A stretch of 14,376 nucleotides of DNA from Amoeboradix gromovi X-113 (taxonomy: Eukaryota; Fungi; Sanchytriomycota), in NCBI GenBank assembly GCA_018985225.1, contig JADGIF010000211.1:1-14376 (forward strand). The letters run 5' to 3'. Below the pieces are notes generated by a model. It was given only the letters and a program-made list of their open reading frames with translations, did no database searches and was not told the DNA's origin. Below are positions 10,291 to 14,376 of this stretch, in pieces. Position numbers and translations under genes: made by a program. Numbering within the stretch: the first letter of the stretch is position 1; each line of letters begins with the position of its first letter.

Positions 10291-11547
10291 ATGCAAACGG
10301 AACTGGATTATAATGACCTCGATACCATTATATTGGATATATATAAAAGTAAACCGAACCCAAAGCTAAGAAGAGTTGAGACATTCATGTATGCTGCACA
10401 AGCATTTTTAACAGTGTTACCTGAATACTTTACGTCTTTAGAGGCAAGTACAACCTGGGTGTTCTTTTGGAATACTCTGACTATTAAAGTCCTTGGTGGT
10501 GAAATAGATGAGCAGGTCTCTGATAGAATTGTAAAATCTTTGAAAAGATTGCAATATAGTAAGAATGGTATGCAAGGATGGCTTGGAATTGATTATATAC
10601 CTCATCTTGCATCTACATATGCGGCCGTACATGCGCTTTGTCATATAGGTACTGTTTCTGCGTATAATTTGATTAATCCTCAAAAGTTGCTAAATTACTT
10701 TATAGCAGTTAAATCTAGTTCTGGTGGTTTTCTTATGCATGTAAATGGTGAATTAGATGTGCGGGGTACCTACTGTATATTGTCAATTCTAGATTTAGTA
10801 CAGGTACATAGGAACGCCAAGTATGTCTCTAGTCTTAAAGTACTGCTTAAAAATGTCATTGATTATTTGAAGAATTGCCAAACTCATGAGGGCGGATTCG
10901 GATCAATTCCTGGTCTAGAAGCACATGGCGGATACACACATTGTGCGGTTATGAGCTTGTTCATCCTGGAAAAATGGAGTCGCGAGTGTTTAGATGACTT
11001 GAAATTAATTTTACCTGAGTTCCGAATAAAAGATGCAATAAACATAAAAAGATTGAAGAAATGGTGTGCGTATAGAGTAGATTGGAGTGGGGGAATATCG
11101 GGAAGGACAAATAAATTGGTAGATGTCTGTTACAGCTACTGGGTCGGAAGTTTGTTGGTGAAGTTGAATGTATTTCCTACCGCAGCCATCGCAAATAATG
11201 ATGCACTAAGCAGAATATACCCAAACATAACAATTTATGATAGATTGCAAATGTACATCAAGCTAATTAGTGCTGCACCCATCAGAGATCAATTTAGCTC
11301 CAATCCAATAACACAAGGCGGCGGATTTAGAGACAAACCAAGTAAAGGTGTTGATTATTATCACACAGGATATGGACTCTCTGGAATGTCGTGTTTTCAG
11401 CAAAAGGCAAAATCGCTTGGTCTTTCAAATATTAAAGAAGAAGAAAGGTTGGAGAAGATAAGTTTAATTCATAATTGCGAAGAGAAATGTGTAAATAGTA
11501 TGCAGAAGTACTTTTCTAATAACAAGGACATGCTCCATGAATTATAG
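10291..11547 (+). CDS. RAM1: Protein farnesyltransferase beta subunit, 418 aa
   Basis: HLASTYAAV, GGFLMHVNGELDVRGTYC, CQTHEGG...EAHGGYT, GRTNKLVDVCYSYWVG (Zn ligands D and C) and GGFRDKP...DYYHT. Confidence 0.92.
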   Translation: MQTELDYNDLDTIILDIYKSKPNPKLRRVETFMYAAQAFLTVLPEYFTSLEASTTWVFFWNTLTIKVLGGEIDEQVSDRIVKSLKRLQYSKNGMQGWLGIDYIPHLASTYAAVHALCHIGTVSAYNLINPQKLLNYFIAVKSSSGGFLMHVNGELDVRGTYCILSILDLVQVHRNAKYVSSLKVLLKNVIDYLKNCQTHEGGFGSIPGLEAHGGYTHCAVMSLFILEKWSRECLDDLKLILPEFRIKDAINIKRLKKWCAYRVDWSGGISGRTNKLVDVCYSYWVGSLLVKLNVFPTAAIANNDALSRIYPNITIYDRLQMYIKLISAAPIRDQFSSNPITQGGGFRDKPSKGVDYYHTGYGLSGMSCFQQKAKSLGLSNIKEEERLEKISLIHNCEEKCVNSMQKYFSNNKDMLHEL

Positions 11548-11726
11548 CTGAATTTTTTAATAAATATTTTAATGAAATACATCAAGTTTATACTAAAAAT
11601 TAAAGTTTTGGCTGAAAATTGGGCCCATATATAGTGGTGAATCATATTTTGGTCAAATAGAGTGATAAATACATGATATAGCACAAAGTGTTTATTTTGT
11701 TCCAAATGATTAATAATTTTATAAAC

Positions 11727-13359
11727 ATGGGTCTCAATGATCTCTCCAATTTAGAATCAGATGATGAATGTTTAACTATAGCTCAGCTACTGCTGAAGTT
11801 TTATCAAGTGGGACTATCAAGTGATTCTGAGGATGAAGAACAATTGGAAAATAAGCTAAAAGAAATCTCTAAACAAAGACAGCATTTGCAGCGCAAGCAG
11901 CACTATATTATGGAAAGTAGCACAGTTAAACTAGATCTAAAGGATTGGATAAATCAGGAACAATCCAAGTTAGTTCAGAATGAGTTGGAAATTCAAGTTA
12001 ATAAATTTGATAACATAACAAATCAGCGAGTGGAATACATTGATCTCGACTCTGACGTAGAAATAGAAATAGTTCCTGATAAGAAAGTATCTAGTATTTC
12101 AGAAATTAAAAAAATTATGCGTCAGAGAAAAAAAAGAATAAATACTGCCAAGGAACAAGGCTGGAAGCTTCCTGAAAAGCAAGAAGAATCTGAGGAAGTA
12201 AAAGAAGCACCGATAAAAACGCTTGAAGATCTAGAAGAAAGAGATTGGGAAAATGAAGAAAAGGCTGGACTGGAATTGATGAAGAAATTACTGCAGGAGA
12301 ATCAAGAATTACAAGATAGGAAAATGAACTGGGATTACAATAAGGATGATGAAATGCTGGATATTGATGATGATGTATTGGAATTAGAAAATAGTGATAG
12401 CCTTTCAGATTATGATGGCGATGTCAAAATGCAGACTAGCAAACACATTATTGACTCAGAGAGCGACAGTAATTGTTCAAACGATGGGAGTCCTAAAATA
12501 ACAACAAATTTAGTACCAACTATTGAGCTAGCAGCTACGTCAACTCAGGAAACTTTGTTCTTTCCAAACACCGCTCAAAGCGCAACCGTACAAGAAGAAG
12601 TTAAATCAGAATTAGACGATGAATTAGAGAAAGAAATTATTCAGAATGCAAAAAAGCGCCAATTAGAAACTCGTCCTACTTTGTCGGAATGGGTCGGAAT
12701 AGAAGGGCCAGTAAGTGTAACAAAAGAAGAAACAAATAAATATGTAGAAATAGAAGCACAGATATCGGAAGACGAGTTGGCGTTTGACCAAGGTGATGAT
12801 GAGATGAATACAGATGACGAATTGAATGAGTTCCATAATGATTTAAAGTTGGATTTGCAAAACAATGAAAACACTGCAAAGGGAGTTGATCGAGTCAAGA
12901 GGCTACACAGAAAGCAAATAACTGAAACAGACAAACAGCAAACTGTCAACCTTTTAAAAGACTTGAGCGCCGGTACTTTGGGAATGACTAGAGAGCAGAG
13001 ATTAGCATTAAAGGAAAAAGGGTTTTCAATGGAGCAAGAAAATGTAGACTTTGAGCTACTGGAGCTTGAGCAGAACAGGAAGAATAGGAAAAGGAAAAAA
13101 ACTCATCAATGGAATGCTCCACAATCTATTGGCCGTTTTGGTAATTTAAACTAATTCAGCTTCGAATCCTAAAACTGCTTTGTTTGCAGAGGCTCTGCTA
13201 CCAGAGATAGCATTAGAAGATGATGACGAGTATGGGCACTCGTCTTCACCAGTTCCAACTAGGATAGCATCGCCAGTTTATGACATGAACGAACTACTAT
13301 TAGAAGATTTACCAGAAGTTTATAATAAGAACTTGAAATTGCGTAAATTTGATCAGTAA
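11727..13359 (+). CDS. MRC1: Mrc1/claspin-like replication checkpoint mediator; exons 11727-13140 and 13160-13359, about 537 aa (alternative start 11706)
   Basis: Acidic, low-complexity protein. YVEIEAQISEDE, D...TVNLLKDLSAGTL and, after splicing, RFASNPKTALF resemble the fungal Mrc1 C-terminal conserved domain. Confidence 0.68.
13141..13159 (+). other. 19-nt spliceosomal intron in the MRC1-like gene (GTAATTTAAACTAATTCAG)
   Basis: GT...AG ends and a CTAAT branch motif; it contains the in-frame stop that ends the ORF-track call. Removal opens about 66 further codons containing the NPK motif, ending 22 nt before the next gene. Confidence 0.87.
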
Positions 13360-13381
13360 ATTAATATTACTATAAAAGGAG

Positions 13382-14376
<995 letters not shown>

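Overview
Gene-dense, AT-rich eukaryotic nuclear DNA, not prokaryotic. Most likely a compact-genome fungus or an early-diverging relative of fungi, inferred from a Pom152-type nucleoporin plus TAF7, COP9 subunit 1 and Mrc1-like genes. The code looks standard: TAA, TAG and TGA all end conserved genes. Eleven housekeeping genes are recognisable: NMNAT, CSN1, TAF7, RNase H2A, Ubc6, ArfGAP, Pom152, farnesyltransferase beta, Mrc1/claspin-like, PPC synthetase and a partial ubiquitin fusion. The ORF track breaks four of them because each carries an ultra-short 19-20 nt GT-AG intron with the branch-point motif at a fixed distance from the 3' AG; removing each intron restores the frame and, in three cases, a family motif. 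Most gene gaps are only 17-49 nt. Three longer non-coding gaps stand out (1-857, 4442-4877, 5504-6283). The 4505-4829 segment can fold into an extensive nested, pseudoknotted plus-strand RNA that I cannot assign to a family.
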